IMG/VR virus record: IMGVR_UViG_3300033463_000014
Location: 64,001-128,000 of that record
Length of the DNA: 64,000 bases
Source of the DNA: a virus
Taxonomy: Duplodnaviria > Caudoviricetes
Strand: one strand, 5' to 3'
Shown in pieces: positions 51,521 through 61,912 of this stretch. The notes below the pieces were generated by a model. The model saw nothing but the letters and a program-made list of their open reading frames with translations, did no database searches and was not told where the DNA came from. Each line of letters opens with the position of its first letter. The stretch's first letter is position 1. Position numbers and translations under genes: made by a program.

Positions 51521-51577
51521 TTCTCTCCTTCTACCCGCATTCATACACGACACAGCCAATCGTCACTTCCATTGAGC

Positions 51578-52492
51578 TTACCCCATCTTAACGATCTTTC
51601 CGCCACAGAGCGCGTACCATGTGTCGGGCTTGTACTTTTTACCGTCGATCCGTATCGCCTTCACGCCGAGGACGTTGTTTTCGCCGTCGCGCTCGGTGAG
51701 GACAAGCCAGCTTCCTAGCGATCCACGCGCCTTGCAGTTGGAGCCAAGGACGACCGCTATGGCGTTCTCTCCCATTGACTCGGCTTCTGAAAAATCACCG
51801 GCAGCAACTGCGTTTGACGAGTCTCCCGAAGTTATGGCGGTTGCGCCGAGTCCCGAAGTCATGGCGTGTGACCTGAATCCGGAAGTTTTTGCGCATGCGT
51901 TTATTCCGGTAGTTGCGGCGTTCGCCCAGGATCCAGAAGTCTCGGCACTCGCGCCGTATCCAGAAGTCATGGCGTTCGCGTTGTTTCCAGAAGTCGCGAC
52001 GTGCGCGTTGTTTCCAGAAGTCGCGGCGTGTGCGAAGGCTCCCGAAGTCGCGGCGTTTGCGAAGGCTCCCGAAGTCGCGGCGTTTGCGAAGACACCGGAA
52101 GTCGCGGCGTGCGCGTTGTTTCCAGAAGTCGCGACGTGCGCGTTGTTTCCAGAAGTCGCGACGTTTGAGCAGCGTTTTCTCGTACCAGCATGTGCTCTGA
52201 CAAAGTCGATTTCAGCCTTGACCAGGTCAGCTATAGTTATCCTGGGTCCGATCTTGATTCTGGTCGAAGCTACCTTCGTCCCTTCGCCGTTGTGTACGAT
52301 TTCGCCGTCAAGCTCGACCTCGTGATAAACGGATTCTCCCGGTTTGTAGTAGCTGAAACATTCCAACGGGTCTTCACAGGCGTGGAATCCGCATTCACAA
52401 ATTTCAGCCCTGTCCGTCTCGTAAGACTTGCCCTCCTCGTACTGGAAGCCACGGCAAGTCATGTCCCTGTTAAATCCTTTATAAGCCTTCAT
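51578..52492 (-). CDS. DUF7666-like protein with 9-aa repeats (third copy)
   Basis: MKAYKGFNRDMTCRGFQYEEG; ATSGNNAHV repeats; close DNA similarity to 33673..34662. Confidence 0.8.
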   Translation of the reverse strand: MKAYKGFNRDMTCRGFQYEEGKSYETDRAEICECGFHACEDPLECFSYYKPGESVYHEVELDGEIVHNGEGTKVASTRIKIGPRITIADLVKAEIDFVRAHAGTRKRCSNVATSGNNAHVATSGNNAHAATSGVFANAATSGAFANAATSGAFAHAATSGNNAHVATSGNNANAMTSGYGASAETSGSWANAATTGINACAKTSGFRSHAMTSGLGATAITSGDSSNAVAAGDFSEAESMGENAIAVVLGSNCKARGSLGSWLVLTERDGENNVLGVKAIRIDGKKYKPDTWYALCGGKIVKMG

Positions 52493-53634
52493 CCGCACCA
52501 CCTTTCCTATCCCTCTTTCTGAGATTAAATGACTCGCACAGCGTATAGACAGGCATGCCGGTGTATGCGCTCACAGCGTCGTCGTACGTCCGCTGCCACT
52601 CACCGTAGTATAATGGGCCTCCGAAAATGCAGTCGCAATACGCGATGAACCACTCGCCTGTCTCGTGTGGTGGTATCACATAGCCGTCACCTCGACACGG
52701 AAGACTGATTCTCCCCCTTTCGCATTCATACTCAATAAAGCGCTTCCATCTCTTGTAAGGACTTTCCCCTAAATCCGGATTGTTTAGAATGAAAGCCATT
52801 TCGTCATCGGTTCCAGTGAACTTGAACGACGCAACCTCTATAGGGCTCCCGCAGTCTTCGCATTCTTTGAGATAGACATTTCCGTTATTCGCTATGAAAA
52901 TGTCATCTCTGCTTCTGATCTCGTCAAGAAGATCTCCTATAATCTCCATGAGCTGCCTTGAGCTTAACTTCTCCAGCATCATCCTGCCCTTTCTTCCCCT
53001 TTCCGTCCATTCCGTCTGAATCAGGCCACTCTTTGTTCTCTTTTAAAACCTTCTTTTCACCACATTTCTCCTTTCTTTTTTCGTTTAGTCCAGAGTTGTT
53101 CGCGCGCGTTCCTTCCTCGTAGAACACGCAGCCTTTACTCCTGCACCTTACGTATCCTTCCTGAAGACCGCAGGCCCAGTACCTTACGCTTTTCCATGGC
53201 TCTCCGTGGAAAAGCCCGCTCCTTATGCTAATCGCGCGGAAGGCGTGTCTGCATGTTTTCATTAACGCTCCTTATCATTGCTTTTAAATCTGTCGCCGAT
53301 CTCGTAGTCCGGGCATCCGCCATCAGTGTTCCTCGCGATCGCCGAAGGGAAATCATTCCACCATCCCTGCCCCGGCTTTCCGACTTCCGGATCCGTATCT
53401 TTCTCGCACATGAATCCGTCTGGAACAGCGTCCTCTATATGACCGAACCCTACATACCCTCCATCATCACCTTTTACGAAAGCCCCCCTGAATTTGCATG
53501 AAAGGCAGTTTCTGTGCCCTGGATCAAATCTGCAGTCGTGACGGGAAGGTGTCTTAAAATTTTTCCCGCACCACCTGCATCGGTACATTGTAACCTTTTC
53601 CATCGATCTCATTCCAGTTCCTCTATTCCACTTC

Positions 53635-54186
53635 TCACTTCGAAGCTGTTTTTTCCACATCCTTGTCTGCGCATGCCTTCACGAACACTACGAACCACGT
53701 AAACTTCGACCCGCTCCTCGAAACCGTCTTATGCCAGATGAGCGGAGGGTACTCCTTAGGCGCTAGACCGAGCATATAGTCTATCGACTTGAACGAGTCG
53801 CACCACTTAAAGATAAGAGTTCCGTTTTTCTTCAGCACCCTGAAGCACTCTGCGAAACCCTTCCTAAGGTCTTCCTCCCACTTAAATCCAAGCGATCCGT
53901 ATTTGTAGAACATGAAGCTCGTCTCGCCGCACTTGAGATGCGGAGGGTCGAAGATCACGATGCTGAACGACTCGTCAGGGAATTCCATTTTCCTGAAGTC
54001 CCCGACGATGTCCGGCCTGACCTCGAAGTAGGATCCGTTACTCTCTATCTTGTGCCGCTCGACTACCCTGATGTCCTGTCCGACAACGCGTGTGTCCCGC
54101 TTGTCGAAGTAAAACATCCGCCCTCCGCAGCACGCGTCGAGGACTGGTCTAGATCCGATATCCATTTCTCTGACATCCTGTTCCAT
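53635..54186 (-). CDS. Putative amino-DNA (N6A/N4C) methyltransferase
   Basis: LDACCGGRMF SAM-binding motif, IFDPPHL catalytic motif, RVLK..GTLIFKW. Confidence 0.8.
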   Translation of the reverse strand: MEQDVREMDIGSRPVLDACCGGRMFYFDKRDTRVVGQDIRVVERHKIESNGSYFEVRPDIVGDFRKMEFPDESFSIVIFDPPHLKCGETSFMFYKYGSLGFKWEEDLRKGFAECFRVLKKNGTLIFKWCDSFKSIDYMLGLAPKEYPPLIWHKTVSRSGSKFTWFVVFVKACADKDVEKTASK

Positions 54187-54344
54187 GCTTCCACCGCTCC
54201 CTGAAAAGTGTCTGACGCTTCGGCCGTTAACCCGCAGTTCGGACAGACGAAATACACGTCCGATCCGGAAGGGAACGACTTAACCAGCTCAAGACCGACA
54301 TTCCTGTTGCCGCACCTAGGGCAATGCATTTTTCTGTCTACCAT
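54063..54344 (-). CDS. Lar-like zinc-finger protein
   Basis: CPRCG...FVCPNCG...AVEAWNR. Confidence 0.6.
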   Translation of the reverse strand: MVDRKMHCPRCGNRNVGLELVKSFPSGSDVYFVCPNCGLTAEASDTFQGAVEAWNRMSEKWISDLDQSSTRAAEGGCFTSTSGTHALSDRTSG

Positions 54345-54356
54345 GGCACACCTCCA

Positions 54357-54722
54357 TTAGAACGGCATCTCGTCATCTTCCCTGTCCTCTCCGGGGAAGT
54401 CTGCCGCCGCAGAGGACGCCCTTTCGCACGCACCGATCGACGCGAGCGACAGCCACATCGAGTACTTTTTCCATTTACCCGAACCGTCTTTCCTGTCCAG
54501 CTCGTCAACCTTTCCGTTCAGGTATCCGGTCACGTGAACCGTTGCCCCGACCTTCGCGAACCCGTCCTGTGGCCCTAGAGGCTCTGGATCTTTCGTTGTG
54601 AACGCGAATGGGCTCGGATATGCCCCCTGCTCCTCAACAACAATCGTGTATCGCGTAACTCCGTCCTTTCCAATCCTCTTCGTCCTCTCCCGGACGACTC
54701 CATTCATGCTGACCTTCATCAT
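54357..54722 (-). CDS. Single-stranded DNA-binding protein-like (OB fold)
   Basis: GATVHVTGYLNG strand; acidic tail ending DDEMPF. Confidence 0.7.
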   Translation of the reverse strand: MMKVSMNGVVRERTKRIGKDGVTRYTIVVEEQGAYPSPFAFTTKDPEPLGPQDGFAKVGATVHVTGYLNGKVDELDRKDGSGKWKKYSMWLSLASIGACERASSAAADFPGEDREDDEMPF

Positions 54723-54938
54723 TCATCCTCCGAATATGGATCGTCACCGAACATCATCGCCATCACATGACCAAGTGCCCGAATGACGGTTTCGACATCA
54801 TCTGTTAAAGAAGTAACCGCATCGCCCACGGAACCGTATCCAAGCTCATAAGCAAAGCTTGACAATCCTTCCAGAGCGTTCACCGCATCATCCTTGACCT
54901 TATGGTACCGATCCCACGCTTTTACCCTTTCTGTCATG

Positions 54939-55517
54939 TCATTCATATCGTTTCCCGCTTTCGTTCCCATCGGACTCCTCTTTCTCTTGACGTTCGCACT
55001 TCACGCATACATCGTTCAGCTCAGAGTCACCGATGACATATGGGAGCGCAGACCACCCTAATGACTCTTCGTCGAATCCGCCCTTCAGACCTCCCTCGAA
55101 ATCGTCAGACGGCATGAAGAAAGGAAGATTGGTGAACACTTTCCTGTCTTTCACAAGGCCTCCGGCAGTCACTACATAATGCTCCTGGTAGCCCATCCCT
55201 TCTTCCTCAGCCCAGATTTCGATTCCGACGCCCAGAGCCTTGCAGATACACTGAAGAGGCCTCTTAACAGAACCGTTCTCCATGCTGTAGCTAGGCTGGT
55301 CCATGTTAATCCATTCGCTTATTCCCCAAGCGACGTCCCCGCATAGGCCACAAACCCAGTATCCGTCATCTTCGTGAGCCTCATCGTACACGTCGCAGCA
55401 GAAGCATCTGTATACGAAGAACTCACTGTCCCTGTATATTAAGATGTCATATACCCTATCGACGGATTCCTTCGTCCTACCTACGACGTGCATATCGTAG
55501 AAACAGTTGTTCGCCAT
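54939..55517 (-). CDS. YubB/Api92-like ferredoxin-fold protein
   Basis: MANNC..., VAW and IWAEEEGMG pattern. Confidence 0.45.
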   Translation of the reverse strand: MANNCFYDMHVVGRTKESVDRVYDILIYRDSEFFVYRCFCCDVYDEAHEDDGYWVCGLCGDVAWGISEWINMDQPSYSMENGSVKRPLQCICKALGVGIEIWAEEEGMGYQEHYVVTAGGLVKDRKVFTNLPFFMPSDDFEGGLKGGFDEESLGWSALPYVIGDSELNDVCVKCERQEKEESDGNESGKRYE

Positions 55518-56003
55518 ACAGACTCTTCTTATTTTCCTTTTACTACACCTGACATGTCCAGGAGCTCTGAGTACTTCGCCTCGGCCTCGCCGGGAGGAAG
55601 CGACCTGAGTTCCTCGAACGCCTCGAGAAGTTCGTCACCGTAGAACGACACGACCTCTCGGTAGTGCGCGTATTCGATACCAAGATCATTCCAGTTCGGT
55701 CCCTTGATGTAGGGTATCAGCCTTCCCGGATCTTTCACGTATCCGGGATTCACCTTCATGAGAGACTTTGCCCACTTCCTGAACTGATTCATAAGCTCTG
55801 ACTGCTTTTTCTTCATTCTCCAATCTCCTTTCCAACATCGCAACCGTCTATAACGGACTCAGCGAAACTGACCATATCCGCCTTGCTCTTCTCCCACGCT
55901 GACTCAAGCTCCGCTCCGTCCCATCCTTTCTCTGCTATCGCACTGTCGCAATGGCTAAACTTAAGGACGAGCCTAGCGAGCTTAACGAGCCTCTCTTCTT
56001 CAA

Positions 56004-56402
56004 CTAACGGCATGTCATTTCCTCAACATCATATCCTCTTGACCTAAGCCAGTCGGCTATCAGGTGCCTGTGGCTGAAGCACAGCCTAGTCTTCTTCCTG
56101 TCCTCGTATCCCTCCCATGCCGTAAGTATCCTGTTGTTGTACCTGCTCGCTATGTCGTCTGCGTCAAGCGCGGCGAACCTCATGGTATACAGTTGGGAGA
56201 ACCGCTGGACGCTCATTTTGCCCTTCATGAACTTCCATAGCATTCCGAACGGAGGGGCGAGCTCGTCAGCGACAGGAAGATGGAAACCTGGAGGCTGCTG
56301 AAGGCAGACGCTCACGGCCCTGTCGGACCTGTCTCCAAGTCCGGAAAAGTAACAGGTGTAGATCATATTAAAAAACCTCCGTCGGACGTCTGCCTTATCC
56401 AC
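56004..56402 (-). CDS. DUF488-like protein
   Basis: IYTCYFS...AVSV...LAPP...HRHLIADWL; probable start near 56366. Confidence 0.6.
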   Translation of the reverse strand: MDKADVRRRFFNMIYTCYFSGLGDRSDRAVSVCLQQPPGFHLPVADELAPPFGMLWKFMKGKMSVQRFSQLYTMRFAALDADDIASRYNNRILTAWEGYEDRKKTRLCFSHRHLIADWLRSRGYDVEEMTCR

Positions 56403-57031
56403 GGCTCTACCCTACGCCTGCTCTTCTTCGACTTAATCTCGACCATCTTGAACATCTGTGCGAACCGGTCGGCGACACGCCTCTCGTACCGCTTCAGGAT
56501 GTCGGACGCTCCAAGGTTTGAAGTCATGTGCGTCCTGCACGACCTTCTGGCCATACGCATCTCGAGAAGGTAAGGGAACACCTCGACCTTCTCACCGTAA
56601 TGGTTGAGCATCGGCTCTGCGCCAACGTCGTCGATCAGCACGTCCATCTCATATGTCCTCTCGGACCACTTTGCGGCGTCCTCCATCGTCCACCCCTGGG
56701 TCTCCAGCATGGAGAGCTTCACGATAGGCTGAATTCCCATCGACCTCCTGACTGAGTTCAAGCACTCGAAGAAGAAGGTCTTCCCGACGCCGACCGCTCC
56801 GCATATCCACAGGTTGTAGCCTCTCATGTAGTCGTTCAGCGCGGACAGCGCGTCAGCACCCATCTCGTATCCGCACCTAACCATCATTCCAGCCACACGC
56901 TCCACCGTCTCATCCGGGATATCAGACGGTTCCTTTTGCACAGGAATAGGAACTGACGAAAGCCTCTTCGCCATGGCTTGGAAGTCATGCTTACCCAGAT
57001 CAGCCTTTTTATCGACCATTTTCTCCTCCAT
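56363..57031 (-). CDS. DnaC/IstB-like AAA+ helicase loader
   Basis: GAVGVGKT Walker A, LIDDVGAE Walker B, THMTSNL and RY.RRVADR; directly downstream of the initiator. Confidence 0.8.
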   Translation of the reverse strand: MEEKMVDKKADLGKHDFQAMAKRLSSVPIPVQKEPSDIPDETVERVAGMMVRCGYEMGADALSALNDYMRGYNLWICGAVGVGKTFFFECLNSVRRSMGIQPIVKLSMLETQGWTMEDAAKWSERTYEMDVLIDDVGAEPMLNHYGEKVEVFPYLLEMRMARRSCRTHMTSNLGASDILKRYERRVADRFAQMFKMVEIKSKKSRRRVEPWIRQTSDGGFLI

Positions 57032-58187
57032 AATCTCCTCCCTCAGATCCCGTCATCCTCCTGATGAGGTCAGCGTCCGATTCTGCGTCCGACGCAAGGA
57101 ACTTCGCCTTCTCGTCTGACGGAACAGGCACGGAGCCGTTCTCGACGCTGTCCTGCCAATGCCCTGCGTTAAGCCAGGTGGCCGGATAAGGGATATACAT
57201 CCCGGAATCCCTCTTCCACTGCCTGGTTCGCTTCCAGTAGGCGAGAGAATCCATCATCACGCCCATGAACACGTCCACATCCTTCTGGGACTTGATCAGC
57301 TTGGTGAAAGCCTTCTGCGCATCCTTCTTAGCGACCTTCCTCGGATACTGCTCCCAGAATATGGCGAACTTCGGCGGAATCCACGCTAGGTCATTCCGCG
57401 TATCAACCGATTTGTCTCCAGTGTCGCGACATTTTGTCGCATCTTCAGAAACCGCTCCAGAATCGCCCACGTTCGCTCCGGGCGTCAAGGCCTGCATAGA
57501 TGCCTCGCCGAGACCTTCCTGAGCGCCTGATGCCCGTTCTGACCTCAATGAGACGCACTCCATCCGTTCCGAGACATCAATATCTTGGTCAGACAGGCTG
57601 TCGGCAACAGAAAAAAGATCCTCGGAGAACTGGTCCATTTTCCCCTTTGACACAGACTTTGCCCTATTCCTTCCCGCACGTTCCGACTTTTCTAGGGGAG
57701 AGGGACACTTCTTCTCTAGGGGGATTATAGGGGGTGTCTCTTCTTCAGGGATACGGGGTGTCTTTGGTTTAGAAATTGTGTCAGAGGCTCCGAGCGTTAC
57801 AGTAACGCTGTCAACCTCGCGACTTTCACCGCATGAAACACCTGTTTTATCATCGTTTCCGAGAACTTTCTTCTTTTGTACGGAACAGTTATTAACAGCC
57901 CTGTCAGTAACGTTGTCCTTTGCCCGTTTCCTGATCTTCGCAACCCTCTCCCTCGTCATCGCACGCTGGTGCAATTTGTCACGGTAGATAAGGATTTCAG
58001 CCTCGGTTGACGGTGTCGCGAAAAAGTCAGTATCCATTGCAAGGCAACGAGTTATGCGCCCTATGTCATCATTGGAGAGATCCTTTCTTGAGACCAGTTC
58101 TCTGAAGGTCCACGGAACCCGGAAATCAGAATGAAGGATCGATTCTGGTATCTCCGGCCAGATGCTTTTGTCGTCCGTTTTCCTCAT
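57009..58187 (-). CDS. Phage replication initiator (replisome organizer)
   Basis: RERVAKIR helix, disordered linker holding an iteron, C-terminal FAIFWEQYPRKVAKKDA...YIPYPATWLN domain. Confidence 0.8.
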   Translation of the reverse strand: MRKTDDKSIWPEIPESILHSDFRVPWTFRELVSRKDLSNDDIGRITRCLAMDTDFFATPSTEAEILIYRDKLHQRAMTRERVAKIRKRAKDNVTDRAVNNCSVQKKKVLGNDDKTGVSCGESREVDSVTVTLGASDTISKPKTPRIPEEETPPIIPLEKKCPSPLEKSERAGRNRAKSVSKGKMDQFSEDLFSVADSLSDQDIDVSERMECVSLRSERASGAQEGLGEASMQALTPGANVGDSGAVSEDATKCRDTGDKSVDTRNDLAWIPPKFAIFWEQYPRKVAKKDAQKAFTKLIKSQKDVDVFMGVMMDSLAYWKRTRQWKRDSGMYIPYPATWLNAGHWQDSVENGSVPVPSDEKAKFLASDAESDADLIRRMTGSEGGDYGGENGR

Positions 58188-58205
58188 AAATACCCGTCCA
58201 AAACC

Positions 58206-58289
58206 GTTACAGTACGCGTTACAGTAACGCTGCTGAAAATGTTACAGTAACGCGTACAGTAACGCGTACAGTACGCGTTACTGTAACGC
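58206..58289. repeat. Iteron array, probable replication origin
   Basis: Six copies of GT(T)ACWGT(A)AC-GC at 58206, 58218, 58241, 58254, 58266 and 58277; a seventh 17-bp palindrome AGCGTTAC-A-GTAACGCT at 57793-57809 inside the initiator gene. Confidence 0.8.
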
Positions 58290-58515
58290 ATAAACCGACT
58301 CCTAGCTGACGTTATCGGGATCCGCCTTTGGCTCTTTCTCTCCCTTTAAGCCCTTGACGAAAGCGTCGGCAATGGACTTAAGAGACCGGAACAAACATAA
58401 GAAAAGTTCGGACGCGATAAAGCACCAACCCTTCCCCTTTTCCCTGAGCCTACCGGCGAATACGCCGATTACGAATAAAAGAACACCAGCAACAACCATA
58501 AAACCTCCGGACTCA

Positions 58516-58524
58516 ATTATACCA
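58516..58524 (-). promoter_or_regulatory. Extended -10 promoter TGGTATAAT upstream of the replication genes
   Basis: Same 9-mer as at 2461 and 17425; followed by GGAGG and a small membrane ORF (58302..58499). Confidence 0.6.
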
Positions 58525-59132
58525 ACCCGAAAATGTACGTCCGAGCATAATGAAATTGTTAACAAGATGTTAATTTCCTGTTAACAAAGCCATGTCAGCC
58601 ATTAACCGCATTCTCAAAGATACATGTCATGGATAACGTCCGACGCGTGGGACACGCTGAGACCTCCATCAAGATATGCATCGACAGCGACTCCTGCCGC
58701 AGACCTGGCCGACACACTTCCGTTTGACCCGTGGACGCACATAATTACGATCCTGAACAGCCTTTCCGAATCGTCCGTCAGGCACTTTCTAGCTCTCGCG
58801 GATCTCATCCTGTTCCTGGCTCCGCGTATGGCCATGTCAAGCTCATACGCGGCTAGAACATCTTCAGGACGGACGTCCCTCGATACAAGTTCCCTTGCCT
58901 CCGAGAGGGACGATTCATAAGTGACCTTACCCTTTGCCATAAAGATCCTCTCCGACGACCTCAGCATAACGCTGAAGGATATCGATAACACGGTCTGTAA
59001 GCTCACTGCTCCTTGAAATGATAACGCCCCCGCCCGTGCTGTTTTGCTTTCTAACCATCACGATTGCGGACTGATTCATGAGTCTTTCTGCGATACCAGC
59101 AGCCGTGTCTGCAAGAACTATGTCCCGATCTG

Positions 59133-59843
59133 TTAGCGACATTTACCCTCCTCGTCAACCTTCCTGTCGGCGTACGACGCGATGTGGCAATACTCCCCAG
59201 AACATCTCACGTGGATTTTAACGGACAGATCCTTGATTTCGCACTCCATGTCGAAATCTCCGTCCCCGTCATAATCAAGACCGTACTGGAAATGGGTTCC
59301 TTTCTTGATCTTATCAAGCGTCCTTTTACTCAGGACGAACTTCCTGAGCGCCAACGCCGCAGGCTTTTCACCTATGATAGTCTCTCTGTCCATGAAATGG
59401 CAGAAAGACCTGGACCTGTTGTCGCACAGCCTGACTCCGAACGCCGCCGTATGCGAGCGAGGATCATTGAGCATCCCGAAGTTCATCGCCTCGTTAATTG
59501 AAAGATCCTCTACCTTCCTTATCCTCTTCTTTTTTTCCGTGTTTTTCTTTCCGTCTTTACTTTCGGACATACCAAACTCCTTTCCGTCCCTCACGTTGTC
59601 GCAGAAAATCTCCACGTCCTCCGTTCCGCAGAACTCAAGCGACCCAGCTATCCTTCTCCTCTCCGCAACGCGCCTGAGCGCATCGTGCGTAAGCCTTCTG
59701 TCGGAGAATACGGTCGTACGGTACTTGCATGTCTCAACGACGACCATGCCGTACGCGAACCGTCCGCTTTTCGCGCTGTCCGCCTTTCCTTTCCTGTTCG
59801 ACACCATCATAGCCTCCGTTACGTCACAAGCCGATACCTTCAA
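59133..59843 (-). CDS. Hypothetical protein
   Basis: 236-aa ORF. Confidence 0.5.
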   Translation of the reverse strand: MKVSACDVTEAMMVSNRKGKADSAKSGRFAYGMVVVETCKYRTTVFSDRRLTHDALRRVAERRRIAGSLEFCGTEDVEIFCDNVRDGKEFGMSESKDGKKNTEKKKRIRKVEDLSINEAMNFGMLNDPRSHTAAFGVRLCDNRSRSFCHFMDRETIIGEKPAALALRKFVLSKRTLDKIKKGTHFQYGLDYDGDGDFDMECEIKDLSVKIHVRCSGEYCHIASYADRKVDEEGKCR

Positions 59844-61197
59844 GAGACGACTCGCACATTGCGGCCGCCGTCATTACCGGAACGCTGTTTCCGATCAGCC
59901 TTACCTGTTCCGAGCGGTTGCCCTTCAGGATATAATCCTTCGGGAAACTGTGGGCTGACGCAAGCTCGGAAGGCTTCAGCATCCTGATCCTTATATCAAT
60001 CAGCCTTCCGTCGTCAAGAACGGGGAACACTCCCCTGACAGCACCCGAAGTCGCTATGGTAGGACACGGGAAGTCAACCGGCCTGCACACGGATCCACCG
60101 TGCTGGCCGAGGACTAGAGGAGTCACCATGCTGAACCTGTCATGCGTCGTCTGGGCGCCTATCGGTATGCTTCCGTCCATCGCCTTTCCACCCCTTGTGT
60201 GGTCTATCACTATAGGCTGGCACAGCATGTGACACCCTCCCGAGGTAGTAACGGTCGAGCACGGCATGTCGATGTCCTCCACAGTGCTGTTGTTCCTCAG
60301 CTTCACGATGAACGGACGGACGATCATTGTCCTGTTCCCGCCCGCATGCTGTGTCCGCATAGGTGAATCCAAAGACAAGACTCGTCCTTCGTGCCCTTCC
60401 CCGCACCCAACTATATCAAGCTGGAAATCAAGGCCGTTGAATTTCTTCAACCCAACCATGATACGATCAAGCGTCTTACGTGCGAGAGGCTTCTTCCTCT
60501 CGAAGATGCTCGTTCCAAGGTCCGACATGTCCAGGCATTCTCTTATGCCCCTCCATTTTTTCAGATTAGTTGTGAACAGGGAGGCATAAGGATCCTTTGC
60601 GTGTGTCGGATTCGGCCATACGATCTTTCCGTACCCGCGCCTGACAGCCTTTAGGAAGAACCTCCTGCGAGTCGTTGCGTCTCCGTAGTCCGCACAGTTA
60701 ACGATTCTCCAATCGACATCATAATCCCTTGATATTATGTCGTTAATCCATGCCTTGAAACACGAACCAGCCTTCTCCTTGATAGGCTTCACTTTCTCGT
60801 CAAGAGGGCCCCAATTCAAGAACTCAGGAACGTTTTCCACAATGAAAGAATCGACGAACAGTTCATCAAGCCAATACGTAACGAACTCAGGCTGTGAACG
60901 AAGCTGGTCGTTCCTTGGCCTCCCTCCGAGAGCCCGGCTGAAGTGCGTGCATGTCGGGCTGGCCCACATCAGTTCAACCCTTCTTCCGGGAACAAGAACT
61001 GAAGGCCTCGCGCTCTCGATCGACATACATCTCGCGTCGATGTCTCTGTGATTAGCGGACATTGTTGCGATCGCTGTTTCACAGTGGTTTATGGCTACGC
61101 CTCGGTGCCATATACCCCTCCTCCTCAGTGCGACCTCCATTCCTGTGGAAGATCCGCCACCTCCGCTGAAAAGATCCACAGTCGTTATGATTATCAC
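59824..61197 (-). CDS. DNA cytosine-C5 methyltransferase
   Basis: DLFSGGGG (motif I), WASPTCTHFS (IV), IVENVPEF (VI), YGDATTRRR (VIII), RML..SEL and IGNSVP (IX/X); GTG start after AGGAGG. Confidence 0.9.
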   Translation of the reverse strand: MIIITTVDLFSGGGGSSTGMEVALRRRGIWHRGVAINHCETAIATMSANHRDIDARCMSIESARPSVLVPGRRVELMWASPTCTHFSRALGGRPRNDQLRSQPEFVTYWLDELFVDSFIVENVPEFLNWGPLDEKVKPIKEKAGSCFKAWINDIISRDYDVDWRIVNCADYGDATTRRRFFLKAVRRGYGKIVWPNPTHAKDPYASLFTTNLKKWRGIRECLDMSDLGTSIFERKKPLARKTLDRIMVGLKKFNGLDFQLDIVGCGEGHEGRVLSLDSPMRTQHAGGNRTMIVRPFIVKLRNNSTVEDIDMPCSTVTTSGGCHMLCQPIVIDHTRGGKAMDGSIPIGAQTTHDRFSMVTPLVLGQHGGSVCRPVDFPCPTIATSGAVRGVFPVLDDGRLIDIRIRMLKPSELASAHSFPKDYILKGNRSEQVRLIGNSVPVMTAAAMCESSLEGIGL

Positions 61198-61534
61198 CGA
61201 AATCCTCCTAAAGGAGCTTAACCATAATGATCCCAAGAATGATAGCAGTGGCTATAACTTCTATAGCCTCAAGCGTGTTTGGGCCGATGTCCACCTCTTC
61301 TCCTCCTTTCCACATCTGAACCTCCGTTGAAGATTTCCCTCCCGTCGTCTATGCGGTCGATCAGATAGAGATACGTACCGCACTTTACAAGCAGGGCGCT
61401 ATCTCCCCAGTAGCGTTTCCTCATTCCCCTGATGCTTGCGTTTGGTCCGGTGCTCGCTATCGAGTTGGACTCAAGCCAACGGAGCATCAGATCAGTGCTC
61501 TTCCGATATATCGTTCTTCCTTTTTTATCAGTCA

Positions 61535-61912
61535 TCACTCGATCTCCAGAGAGAACCTTCTGCCGTCGCGCTTATAGGACGTGAACTGCTCGATGTCCTC
61601 GTCCTTCACACCGAACTTGGCGAAGATTCCGTCATAGTCGACTGACTTCGTGACGTTTCCAGGAAGCCACGTCGCGATTACCCCGCAGGATCCGACAATC
61701 TGCTCACCCGAACCCATGGCGTTCATGATCTCTCCCTTAAGGATGGAAGCCTTAAGCTTAAGGGCGTCGATATCGCGGAGAACTGACAGGAGATCCCTCG
61801 CCTTCTTCTCAAGCTCTCCAGTCGCATTGACCGTCTTCCCTGGCTCAACCTCTTTGTATTTAGCCTTCGCCTTCTTCTCAAGTTCGCTCTCAGTCTTCTC
61901 GTGTTTCATCAT
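61535..61912 (-). CDS. Hypothetical protein (coiled coil plus a small beta domain)
   Basis: 125-aa ORF with an AAGGAG RBS. Confidence 0.6.
   Translation of the reverse strand: MMKHEKTESELEKKAKAKYKEVEPGKTVNATGELEKKARDLLSVLRDIDALKLKASILKGEIMNAMGSGEQIVGSCGVIATWLPGNVTKSVDYDGIFAKFGVKDEDIEQFTSYKRDGRRFSLEIE

Noticed and set aside
58206-58289. Possible CRISPR array
   Set aside because: Units are 11-13 bp, mostly contiguous, with no unique spacers and no cas genes; they fit iterons.
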